A DNA stretch of 40,605 nucleotides from a bacterium (GCA_004299495.1 SCPY01000069.1:1-40605); one strand, 5' to 3'. Positions 9,824-17,066 are shown, counted from the stretch's first letter. Made by a program: numbers and translations. The notes: generated from the sequence alone by a model not told the origin.

Positions 9824-9915
9824 CCATTGAAAAAAGCAAACCACCCGTAAGGGTGGGGCGCAAAGCCTCCGGTCCGCAAAAGTAGCTGTAGCGGAAAGCG
9901 GGGCTGCCAAGGGCA
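9824..9915 (+). ncRNA. c-di-GMP-I (GEMM-I) riboswitch aptamer, boundaries approximate
   Basis: GCAAACCA, then hairpin CCACCC-GUAA-GGGUGG (GNRA loop), then GGCGCAAAGCCUCCGG ... GUAGCGGAAAGCGGGGCUGCC. This closely parallels the V. cholerae Vc2 aptamer core as recalled. Confidence 0.75.
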
Positions 9916-9927
9916 TAAGAAAAGAAT

Positions 9928-9958
9928 AAAGCCCCTGGCAAGAAGAAGGGCTTTTTTT
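9928..9958 (+). terminator. Intrinsic terminator forming the riboswitch expression platform
   Basis: AAAGCCC / GGGCTTT stem with a 13-nt loop and a T7 run. GCCAAGGGC (9906-9914) can pair with GCCCCTGGC (9931-9939) as an alternative structure. Confidence 0.55.
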
Positions 9959-10014
9959 GTGCCCCTGTACAATTTATGAACGTGCGGTTCGCGCAATGGA
10001 TAAAGGAGAAAACG

Positions 10015-11448
10015 ATGAAAAGGCAAAATTATCTTCAAAAGAGGAGATGTCCCGTTCTTATCGCTATGTTCATGTTCTCCGCGGTTATTGCCTGTGGCGC
10101 CGAAGAATCCATCACCGTAACCACCTATTATCCCTCTCCTTATGGGGTGTATAGCGAGATGCGCCTGTATCCCAAGAATAACCCTACTGCCTGCGATAAC
10201 AACCAGAGGGGGCTGATGTATTATGACCTTGCCGATAACAGGCTTAAGGTCTGTAATGGAACGCCTCCTTATCAAGACATCGGAGGAGGCTTCTGGGCAG
10301 CCAGCCCCTCAGGCCTTAATGATATCTACTATATTAATTCCGGAAACGTCGGCATCGGGACAAATAGCCCCGGGCAAAAACTGGTAGTTCAGGCCGCGGA
10401 TGCCTCATCTTCAACAGGAACCGGCCCAACGATATATCTTCAGTCAGATGCTGCTGCGACATTGAATAGGGGCGGTTCGGTGCTTTTCGGCGATACCGGA
10501 ACAGCCAGGGCAATGATAAAAGGGGCTTACGAAGGCGCGGGGAGTTCCGGATATTTGGCTCTCTCCACCAAAACATCCGCGAATGTGATGACAGAGGCTC
10601 TTAGGATTGACAGCGGCGGCAATATCGGCATCGGGACGCCGGGCCCGACCTCAAGGCTTCATGTGAATGGTAAGTCAAGGTTTAATGATCGGGTGGGAAT
10701 ATATTTTGGCCCGGACGATATTCCACCTGGGTGGGGAGGCGGCTTGGTGACCTGGGATGTTGTGGCCAAGGCCCAAATTAGAGCTAACTCGCTCTGTTTA
10801 GGCGGAAGCGTAGGCGGAAACGATTTAGGCACCTGCCGCAACAGTTGGCCAGGAGCAGCAAATGTCCTCACAAGCACCAATGGCCAGTATGCTCTGACTA
10901 TGCAGGATGATGGTAACGTTGTTCTCTACACGCCGTGGGGAGCTCGGTTTACAACAGGTACCTATAGCGGGAAATATGGGCCCTACTATCTCATGAGCGG
11001 CAACGGCAGGTATTATTTCGTTATGCAGGATGATGCCAATCTGGTGATTTATGATAACTGGACAGGGCAGCCGATATGGGCCACGAGTTGGAGCCCTGAT
11101 GGAGACTGGAGGCCATGGTTGTCAGATGCCAGGCTAAAGAAAGATGTTGCTCTTCTGGAAGGCGCATTGGCGAAGGTGATGCGGCTACGCGGAGTTGCGT
11201 TTTCCTGGAAGGATACTACGCATGGCGAAGGCCCGCAAGTCGGGTTGATCGCGCAAGAGGTGGAAAAGATTTTTCCAGAAGCAGTAACCACCGGAGGCGA
11301 CGGCTTCAAGCGCGTAGACTATGGACGGCTCGTTTCGCCCCTCATTGAGGCGATTAAGTCGCAGCAGATTGAGATTAAAAAGCAGGGAGAATCCATTCAA
11401 CAACTGCAAGAGGAGCTTAATAAGCTAAAATCAGAAAGCAAGATTTGA
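10015..11448 (+). CDS. Secreted (possibly lipoprotein) fibre protein: tail-fibre-like repeats, bulb-type lectin domain, C-terminal S74 intramolecular chaperone
   Basis: ATG at 10015 follows an AGGAG RBS. Signal peptide has a lipobox-like VIAC. Repeats GNVGIGTNSPGQKLVV and GGNIGIGTPGPTSRLHVNG. Two QxDxNxVxY motifs (QDDGNVVLY, QDDANLVIY). The tail SDARLKKDV...GLIAQEVEKIFPEAV...VDYGRLVSPLIEAIK is typical of Peptidase_S74. Confidence 0.75.
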   Translation: MKRQNYLQKRRCPVLIAMFMFSAVIACGAEESITVTTYYPSPYGVYSEMRLYPKNNPTACDNNQRGLMYYDLADNRLKVCNGTPPYQDIGGGFWAASPSGLNDIYYINSGNVGIGTNSPGQKLVVQAADASSSTGTGPTIYLQSDAAATLNRGGSVLFGDTGTARAMIKGAYEGAGSSGYLALSTKTSANVMTEALRIDSGGNIGIGTPGPTSRLHVNGKSRFNDRVGIYFGPDDIPPGWGGGLVTWDVVAKAQIRANSLCLGGSVGGNDLGTCRNSWPGAANVLTSTNGQYALTMQDDGNVVLYTPWGARFTTGTYSGKYGPYYLMSGNGRYYFVMQDDANLVIYDNWTGQPIWATSWSPDGDWRPWLSDARLKKDVALLEGALAKVMRLRGVAFSWKDTTHGEGPQVGLIAQEVEKIFPEAVTTGGDGFKRVDYGRLVSPLIEAIKSQQIEIKKQGESIQQLQEELNKLKSESKI

Positions 11449-11466
11449 GAGAAAAGGAGGTAGTCA

Positions 11467-11988
11467 ATGCGCCGAGTTATCGTAGTAAGCTGGCTGGCGG
11501 TTTTTCTCTGCATATCACAATCCTATGCCCAGGAAGTCCAGAAGAGCGCGCCCCGTAATCCAGAAAAATCCCAGCAGGCTTATAAGCAGATGCAGGAGAA
11601 TTACCAGCAGGGATTCAAGCGTGTGCAGGAAGAAATGCGTAAACGCCAGGAGCAGGAGCTTGAGCAGTTAAAACAAACTAACCCGCAAGTTTACCAGGAA
11701 CGTAAGGGCGCAATTGAGCGCCAGGATAAATTCCGGACCATCCTCTCTGATTTTCAAGCGGGAAAGCTCACGGCCGAGCAGGCTGAGAGCCAGCTTTTCC
11801 CTCTTATGAAATCGGAAATGCGCTACGAATTGGAAGGCCTCAATGAGCGGATTGCCTCACTTGAGAAACAACTGGATCTTCTAAAGAAAGCTAAGCAGGA
11901 TCCCGACCTGTTCGTTCGTCACCGGGTCAGGATTATGCTGGGTAAAGAGAAAGCGGCCCCGCAACAACCACCGAATTGGGGATATTGA
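11467..11988 (+). CDS. Secreted Q/E-rich helical protein, possibly Spy/CpxP-like
   Basis: Signal peptide (LAVFLCISQSYAQE); coiled-coil-like Q/E/K-rich body; a single LTAEQ (LTXXQ) motif. The functional call is weak. Confidence 0.4.
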   Translation: MRRVIVVSWLAVFLCISQSYAQEVQKSAPRNPEKSQQAYKQMQENYQQGFKRVQEEMRKRQEQELEQLKQTNPQVYQERKGAIERQDKFRTILSDFQAGKLTAEQAESQLFPLMKSEMRYELEGLNERIASLEKQLDLLKKAKQDPDLFVRHRVRIMLGKEKAAPQQPPNWGY

Positions 11989-12130
11989 TTTTCAAAAGAC
12001 AAAAACCCGGTAGCGCTTCTACCCATATTCATCCTTTGCGTTATCCTGTAAGTGGTATAGCATCCTTCCAGGGCAGATCATTTAATCTGCTAAACTAACT
12101 AAATTAAAATAAATTTTTGGCGAAAAAGAC

Positions 12131-12159
12131 TTGACAATTTATATTTAATACCCTATAAT
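12131..12159 (+). promoter_or_regulatory. Consensus sigma70 promoter at the head of pilus cluster 2
   Basis: TTGACA (12131-12136), 17-nt spacer, TATAAT (12154-12159). Confidence 0.65.
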
Positions 12160-12182
12160 ACCCTCAAATAGTATTAAATATA
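12140..12182. promoter_or_regulatory. 12-bp perfect inverted repeat bracketing the -10 box, candidate operator
   Basis: TATATTTAATAC (12140-12151) and GTATTAAATATA (12171-12182) are exact reverse complements separated by 19 bp. Confidence 0.5.
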
Positions 12183-12195
12183 TACAACCAAAACT

Positions 12196-12387
12196 ATGGT
12201 GAAATACGAGTTTTTTACCGCCGTCCAGGCGGCAAAAGAATTAGGCATCTCTAAACAGACGCTCTTCCGTTACGAAAAAAAGAGGGTCTTTCCTGCCCCC
12301 AGGCGCAACCTCATTAACCGCTGGCGCCAATACAGTTATGAGGATATAAACAAATTAAAAGAGATAATGCGAGGAAGTATTGGATAA
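12196..12387 (+). CDS. Small MerR/excisionase-type helix-turn-helix DNA-binding protein
   Basis: 63 aa. AAKELGISKQTLFRYEKKRVFPAP matches the HTH_17/MerR-like pattern. Confidence 0.65.
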   Translation: MVKYEFFTAVQAAKELGISKQTLFRYEKKRVFPAPRRNLINRWRQYSYEDINKLKEIMRGSIG

Positions 12388-12814
12388 GAGATTATTGCTT
12401 ATATCTGCTTTGGTGGTATTTTTATTTGCCGGCTGCGGAAAACAAGAACCTCCGGCTCCAGTTGATGAGGCGGATACGCCGGCAGCGGAATCTAGTGCCG
12501 GGCCGGAAAAAACAACCCGGGCATTGGCAGGACAAGAAGCGGATCCTGCTTCGGATGAGCTTACGCGCAATCCCTTTTTGAGCGCTGAAGAAGAAAGCGA
12601 ATTCCGGGACGCCGGCAAGGCAATCCCCCTGGACACTCTCACTCTTTCCGCGATACTCTATTCTTCCGCGGATAAAAGTAAAGCAATCCTGCAGGGCCGG
12701 ATTTTACAGAAAGGCGACAGCATAGGAGATAAGAAAATTATTGAGATACGTCCTGAGGCGGTTATTTTAAAAGATGCCGCCACAGAATACATAATCCGGT
12801 TAAAGAGTTTATAG
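12380..12814 (+). CDS. PilP-like lipoprotein (secretin-associated)
   Basis: TTG start with a GAGGAAG RBS. Lipobox LFAGC; RNPF motif; C-terminal beta-domain pattern (LTLSAILYSS..KAILQGRILQKGDSIGDKKIIEIRPEAVIL). Confidence 0.55.
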   Translation: MDKRLLLISALVVFLFAGCGKQEPPAPVDEADTPAAESSAGPEKTTRALAGQEADPASDELTRNPFLSAEEESEFRDAGKAIPLDTLTLSAILYSSADKSKAILQGRILQKGDSIGDKKIIEIRPEAVILKDAATEYIIRLKSL

Positions 12815-12822
12815 AGATTTGG

Positions 12823-13692
12823 ATGGCGATGAGATATTTAATTTTTACGGTTGTGATGTTTTTGGCTGCGGGCAATTTTATTTTTGCTCAAGAGGAATTG
12901 CAAGATTCCACGCCGTCAACGGGCAATGTAACTGCCGCGCCGGAAAATCCGCAAGTGCCGATGCCGGACGCTACCATTGAGCCGGAACCGATGATGGAAA
13001 TAAAACAGTTGGGCGCGGATAAACCGCTTTACGCTTTTGAATTAAGAGACGTGGAAATCGGAGACCTGCTTAGGGTCCTTGCTCACGATTATAAATTAAA
13101 CCTGCTGGTGGATAAAGATGTGTCGGGAAGGATTACCGCGAGCCTGAGCGCCATTTCCCTGGAAGAGGCCTTAGAGACTATCGCGGAGTCTCAAAACTTG
13201 AGCCTCAAAAAGAAAGGAAATGTCATTCGCGTAATCCCTAACATTATCACAAAAGTTTTTAAGCTTAAGTTTGTAGAGGCAAGGGAATTGCTGGAATCAT
13301 CCTCATCTTCAGAAGACGCATCTTCGGATGCTTCTGCCGCGTCTTCGGAAAGTGCCGCGGAAACAACTACAACCTCCGCAACCGCCGAAGATGAATCGGC
13401 GTCGTCCTCCGAAGAAGATTCCGCATCCGCGCAAGAGGCGAACACCATCTATGACCTGCTCTCCGATAAAGGTAAAATCCTGCTGGGTAAGCAACCCAAT
13501 TCCCTGGTGGTGATAGATTATCCGCCATACGTGGAGAAGATAGAGGCCTACATTAAAGAAGTTGACCAAAAGATGGCAAGCAAAGTCTTTAAGCTAAAAT
13601 ACCTTAGGGCCGCGGATGTGGTTGGGCAAAGCAATGCCGCTTCCGCGACAGATGCATCGGCCGGCACCAACACCACAACTACCGGCTCATAA
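12823..13692 (+). CDS. Secreted secretin N-terminal module protein: N0/STN-like domain, one N1 domain with an acidic Ser-rich insert, and the first strand-helix of a second N1 domain
   Basis: Signal peptide. FELRDVEIGDLLRVLAHDYKLNLLVDKDVSGRITASL..ISLEEALETIAESQNLSLKKKGNVIRVIP (N0-like). KVFKLKFVEARELL...NSLVVIDYPPYVEKIEAYIKEVD (N1). Ends KVFKLKYLRAADVV plus a low-complexity tail. No secretin C-domain. Confidence 0.7.
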   Translation: MAMRYLIFTVVMFLAAGNFIFAQEELQDSTPSTGNVTAAPENPQVPMPDATIEPEPMMEIKQLGADKPLYAFELRDVEIGDLLRVLAHDYKLNLLVDKDVSGRITASLSAISLEEALETIAESQNLSLKKKGNVIRVIPNIITKVFKLKFVEARELLESSSSSEDASSDASAASSESAAETTTTSATAEDESASSSEEDSASAQEANTIYDLLSDKGKILLGKQPNSLVVIDYPPYVEKIEAYIKEVDQKMASKVFKLKYLRAADVVGQSNAASATDASAGTNTTTTGS

Positions 13693-13693
13693 T

Positions 13694-14980
13694 ATGTTGA
13701 AAAAAATAGCTATAATTTTATGTTTTATGTTCATCGCTTCCCTATCCTCCGCGCAGGAGATAAGCGATAATATCAGAAGCCTTTTGTCCAGCCAGGGAAA
13801 GGTGCTCTATGGCAATGAGCCGAATTCAATTCTGGTGATTGACTATCCGGAAAATATCCAGCGCGTGGAGGAATACTTGGATACCGTGGATATCGCGCCC
13901 CAGCAGGTGCTGATTGAAGCCAGGGTGGTAGAGGTAAAACTGCAAAAGGAGCACGCCCTGGGCGTAAACTGGAAGGCCTTCGCGGACAAGGGCTATATTC
14001 CGATGGGCAGGTTTAAGGGGGGAGCGCTTACCGCCCTGGGAAGCATGCCATCCCCTCCACAGCAAACAATCGCCTATAAGCCCACTTTTTATCCTCCGCT
14101 GCAGTCCGCGACAGGCCAGGAATCTCCCTTTACCTTTTCTATTTTTGACGACAATATCAATATCGTGGTGCAGACGCTGGCAAGCGCCCTGGATACCGAC
14201 ATTCTTTCCGCCCCGAAAGTAACCACGGTAAATAACCGGGAGGCGGAAATCAAAGTCATTCAGCGCCTTCCCTGGGCCGAGCCCACCCTAACCGAATCCA
14301 CCAGCGGCTCATCCACCGCGGTTTCTGTTACCTGGGAAATTAATTATGAAGAGGTGGGTATCAAGCTTAAGGTGACCCCTATTATCAATGATGACGGAAA
14401 AATAAGCCTCGCCCTAATGCCTGAGGTAAGCGAGAAGACCGGAGACCTCACCCTCACCGCCACCCAGAGCGGCACCAGCATTAACTATACCGTGCCCATT
14501 ATTGATACCCGAAACGCGGCCACAAAAGTGGTTATCGGAAACGGCCAGACCCTGATTATCGGAGGCCTGATTAAGGATAAGAGCGCCAAGGGCGCCTCAA
14601 AAGTCCCCCTGTTGGGGGATATCCCTCTCTTGGGTTACCTTTTTAAGAGCATCAAGGACACGCAGGATAAAACCGAATTACTCATCTTTGTTTCGCCGAA
14701 AATCATCACCCCTGACGAGCTGATTTATATGTCGCGGGAGGAAAAAAACCTGGTGGATAAGGGATACCGCAAGGAAAGGCAAAAGCGGCAAGCCGCAACC
14801 CTCAAGCAGCAGGAAACGGCAAAATCAAAGGATGACCGGCTTAACGCAAAGCTTGATACCCTGTTAGATAAACAGGAAGAATTAGCGCGGGCCAGAAAAA
14901 ACCTGGAAGAAAAAATCATTAAAGAAGAAAAAAACCTGGAGCTCCTTGAGGAAGACAAAAAAACCCCGGAGAGAAGATGA
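13694..14980 (+). CDS. Secretin (PilQ/GspD family) with its own signal peptide, a partial N1 domain, a secretin C-domain and a K/E-rich coiled-coil tail
   Basis: The ATG at 13694 gives MLKKIAIILCFMFIASLSSAQE. NSILVIDYPENIQRVEEYLDTVD; QVLIEARVVEV; LIIGGLIKD...KVPLLGDIPLLGYLFK...ELLIFVSPKII. About 90 aa of charged coiled-coil at the C-terminus. Confidence 0.85.
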   Translation: MLKKIAIILCFMFIASLSSAQEISDNIRSLLSSQGKVLYGNEPNSILVIDYPENIQRVEEYLDTVDIAPQQVLIEARVVEVKLQKEHALGVNWKAFADKGYIPMGRFKGGALTALGSMPSPPQQTIAYKPTFYPPLQSATGQESPFTFSIFDDNINIVVQTLASALDTDILSAPKVTTVNNREAEIKVIQRLPWAEPTLTESTSGSSTAVSVTWEINYEEVGIKLKVTPIINDDGKISLALMPEVSEKTGDLTLTATQSGTSINYTVPIIDTRNAATKVVIGNGQTLIIGGLIKDKSAKGASKVPLLGDIPLLGYLFKSIKDTQDKTELLIFVSPKIITPDELIYMSREEKNLVDKGYRKERQKRQAATLKQQETAKSKDDRLNAKLDTLLDKQEELARARKNLEEKIIKEEKNLELLEEDKKTPERR

Positions 14981-14997
14981 CGCGCGCTGGATAGGCG

Positions 14998-15315
14998 ATG
15001 AAAAAATGCTTACATACGCTTTTAGCTCTTGGCATCGCGGGTTTTTATTGCGCGCGGAGTTCGGGGCCGGTTTTCTGCGCGCCCGATACGGCCCGGCGCA
15101 TCCAGCAAATAGAAAAAACGATTCTCCTGGAAGGCAAGGCCCTGAAAGGGCTTCAGGGGCGCTATGAGAATATTTTAAAAAGGCAGTGGCGGCTGCGCTC
15201 TTTCCTGGAGCAAAAAAAACGCCGGGATAGAAAGCGCGTCATTGAAAGCACGCTTGCCCGGATTAAGCGCTGGGAAGCCAAAGAAAAGTCAATGCGCGAA
15301 CTTTTAGAAAAATAA
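14998..15315 (+). CDS. Small secreted basic coiled-coil protein, unknown function
   Basis: Signal-peptide-like N-terminus; R/K/E-rich helical remainder; tightly packed between the secretin and the ATPase. Confidence 0.45.
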   Translation: MKKCLHTLLALGIAGFYCARSSGPVFCAPDTARRIQQIEKTILLEGKALKGLQGRYENILKRQWRLRSFLEQKKRRDRKRVIESTLARIKRWEAKEKSMRELLEK

Positions 15316-15320
15316 AGGTA

Positions 15321-16997
15321 ATGGCGGAAATCGGTTTTAAAAAAATAGGTGAAATTCTTATAGAGCAGGGATATATCAACCAATCCCAGCTTGCGCAGGC
15401 CCTGGAAGAGCAGAAGCTCACCGGCGAAAAGATAGGTGAGGTTTTAATCAAAAAGGGCTGGTTAAGCCAGGAGGAGCTGGACTTTGCCTTAAGCTCCCAG
15501 AAGGGCATTGCCCGCTTTGACCTTTCCAATTATATTATTGAATCGGCGGTTATCAAGCTGGTGCCGGAGGAGTTCGCGCGCAAGTATATGCTTATCCCGG
15601 TATTTTTAGTGGAGAATACCCTCACGGTGGCGATGTCCGAACCCTCAAACGTCTTTATTATTGACGAGCTGCAGCGCGTCACCAAGCTTATTGTTGAGCC
15701 GGTCCTGGCAGGAGAGCTGGATATCAAAAAGGGCCTTGACCAATATTACGGGGGCTCAGGCACCCTCGCGGAAATTATTTCCGGGTTAGATAAAACCAAG
15801 CTCGCCGAAGGCGAAAAATTAGGAGAAGAGGCGCCCATCATTAAAATCGTGAATTATCTTATTCTGCAGGCGGTGCAGGTAAAGGCCTCGGATATCCACA
15901 TAGAGCCGGAGGAGAAATTTTTGAATGTCCGCTACCGCGTGGACGGGATCCTCCGCCGCCAGCCTCCCCTGCCCAGGGACCTGGCGAGCGCGATTATCTC
16001 GCGTTTTAAAATTATGTCCGGGTTAGATATCTCGGAGAAACGCGTTCCCCAGGACGGCCGCATACTGATGAAATTCGGCGCCAAGGATATTGATTTTCGC
16101 GTCTCTACCTGTCCCACCCTGCACGGGGAGAATGTGGTCTTGAGGATCCTGGACAAAGGCGGCCTGGTGCTGGGCCTTGAGACCCTGGGATTTCCTGAGC
16201 GCGAACTAAAACTGTTCCAGGAGCTGATTCGTTCACCTTACGGCATCATCCTGGTTACCGGGCCTACGGGCAGCGGAAAAACCACCACTCTTTATTCCGC
16301 CTTACAAATACTGAATAAAGAAGATGTAAACATTATGACCGTGGAAGACCCCGTGGAATATCAGTTTCCCGGCATACGCCAGGTGCATGTCAATGTGAAG
16401 GCGGGGCTTACCTTTGCCAGCGCCCTGCGTTCTTTTTTAAGGCAGGACCCGAATATCATTATGCTCGGGGAAATCCGCGACCGAGAAACCGCGGAAATTG
16501 CCGTACAGGCGGCGCTCACCGGCCATCTGGTGCTTTCCACCCTGCATACCAATGATTCGCCCTCTGCGTTTAGCCGGCTTATTGATATGGGGGTTGAGCC
16601 TTTTCTGGTTTCGTCGTCCTTACTGGGGGTGCTTGCCCAGCGATTAATCAGGAAAGTCTGCGAGAAATGTAAGGTGTCGTTTAGCCCTACGGAAGAATCC
16701 TTAAGAAATCTCGGCCTGGAAGACAAAATAGGCAAAGATATCAAATTTGCCAGGGGAGGCGGCTGTAAATTGTGCAACTCAAGCGGATATAAGGGGCGCC
16801 TGGGAATTTATGAGCTCCTTAAGGTTACCCCGGCCATCCAGGAAGTAGTCTTAAAGAGGTCTTCGGCGGATGACATCCGGGCCCTGGCGATAAAAGAAGG
16901 GCTGGCGCCCTTAAGGCAGGGCGCCCTGGAAAAACTTATGTTAGGGCTGACCACCCCTGAGGAGGTGATGCGCGTTACCTTGGAATCCGGCCAGTAA
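15321..16997 (+). CDS. pilB: PilB/GspE-family assembly ATPase with tandem MshEN-type motifs
   Basis: Walker A GPTGSGKTTT; MLGEIRDRETA; TGHLVLSTLHTNDS; tetracysteine CEKCK...CKLCNSSGY. N-terminus has KIGEILIEQGYINQSQLAQALEEQ and KIGEVLIKKGWLSQEELDFALSSQ. Confidence 0.9.
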   Translation: MAEIGFKKIGEILIEQGYINQSQLAQALEEQKLTGEKIGEVLIKKGWLSQEELDFALSSQKGIARFDLSNYIIESAVIKLVPEEFARKYMLIPVFLVENTLTVAMSEPSNVFIIDELQRVTKLIVEPVLAGELDIKKGLDQYYGGSGTLAEIISGLDKTKLAEGEKLGEEAPIIKIVNYLILQAVQVKASDIHIEPEEKFLNVRYRVDGILRRQPPLPRDLASAIISRFKIMSGLDISEKRVPQDGRILMKFGAKDIDFRVSTCPTLHGENVVLRILDKGGLVLGLETLGFPERELKLFQELIRSPYGIILVTGPTGSGKTTTLYSALQILNKEDVNIMTVEDPVEYQFPGIRQVHVNVKAGLTFASALRSFLRQDPNIIMLGEIRDRETAEIAVQAALTGHLVLSTLHTNDSPSAFSRLIDMGVEPFLVSSSLLGVLAQRLIRKVCEKCKVSFSPTEESLRNLGLEDKIGKDIKFARGGGCKLCNSSGYKGRLGIYELLKVTPAIQEVVLKRSSADDIRALAIKEGLAPLRQGALEKLMLGLTTPEEVMRVTLESGQ

Positions 16998-17006
16998 GTC
17001 TTGCGC

Positions 17007-17035
17007 TTGACAATCTGTCCAGCATAAAGTATACT
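17007..17035 (+). promoter_or_regulatory. Sigma70 promoter of the major pilin gene
   Basis: TTGACA (17007-17012), 17-nt spacer, TATACT (17030-17035). A strong RBS, AAAGGGGGA, precedes the ATG at 17067. Confidence 0.6.
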
Positions 17036-17066
17036 TTCTTAGGGAGTCTTATAGAAAGGGGGAAAG

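Noticed and set aside
9976-10014. Longer N-terminal extension of the fibre gene (start at 9976, MNVRFAQWIKEKT)
   Set aside because: It would start about 18 nt after the terminator T-run, with no RBS. The ATG at 10015 has an AGGAG site and yields a proper signal peptide.
9728-10275. Minus-strand ORFs (62 aa and 161 aa) across the riboswitch leader and the start of the fibre gene
   Set aside because: The region is better explained by the plus-strand promoter, GEMM-I aptamer, terminator and CDS. The ORFs have no motifs or RBS.
10015-11448. Prophage or phage remnant suggested by the tail-fibre/S74 domain
   Set aside because: No capsid, portal, terminase, baseplate, integrase or lysis genes lie on either side. 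The neighbours are pilus and signalling genes, and the gene has its own riboswitch.
13616-13693. Upstream extension of the secretin ORF (start at 13616), and the idea that the two secretin ORFs are one frameshifted pseudogene
   Set aside because: The extension overlaps the preceding ORF and encodes a Pro/Arg-rich sequence. The ATG at 13694 gives a classical signal peptide, which would make no sense inside a continuous periplasmic domain. A sequencing indel still cannot be excluded without reads.
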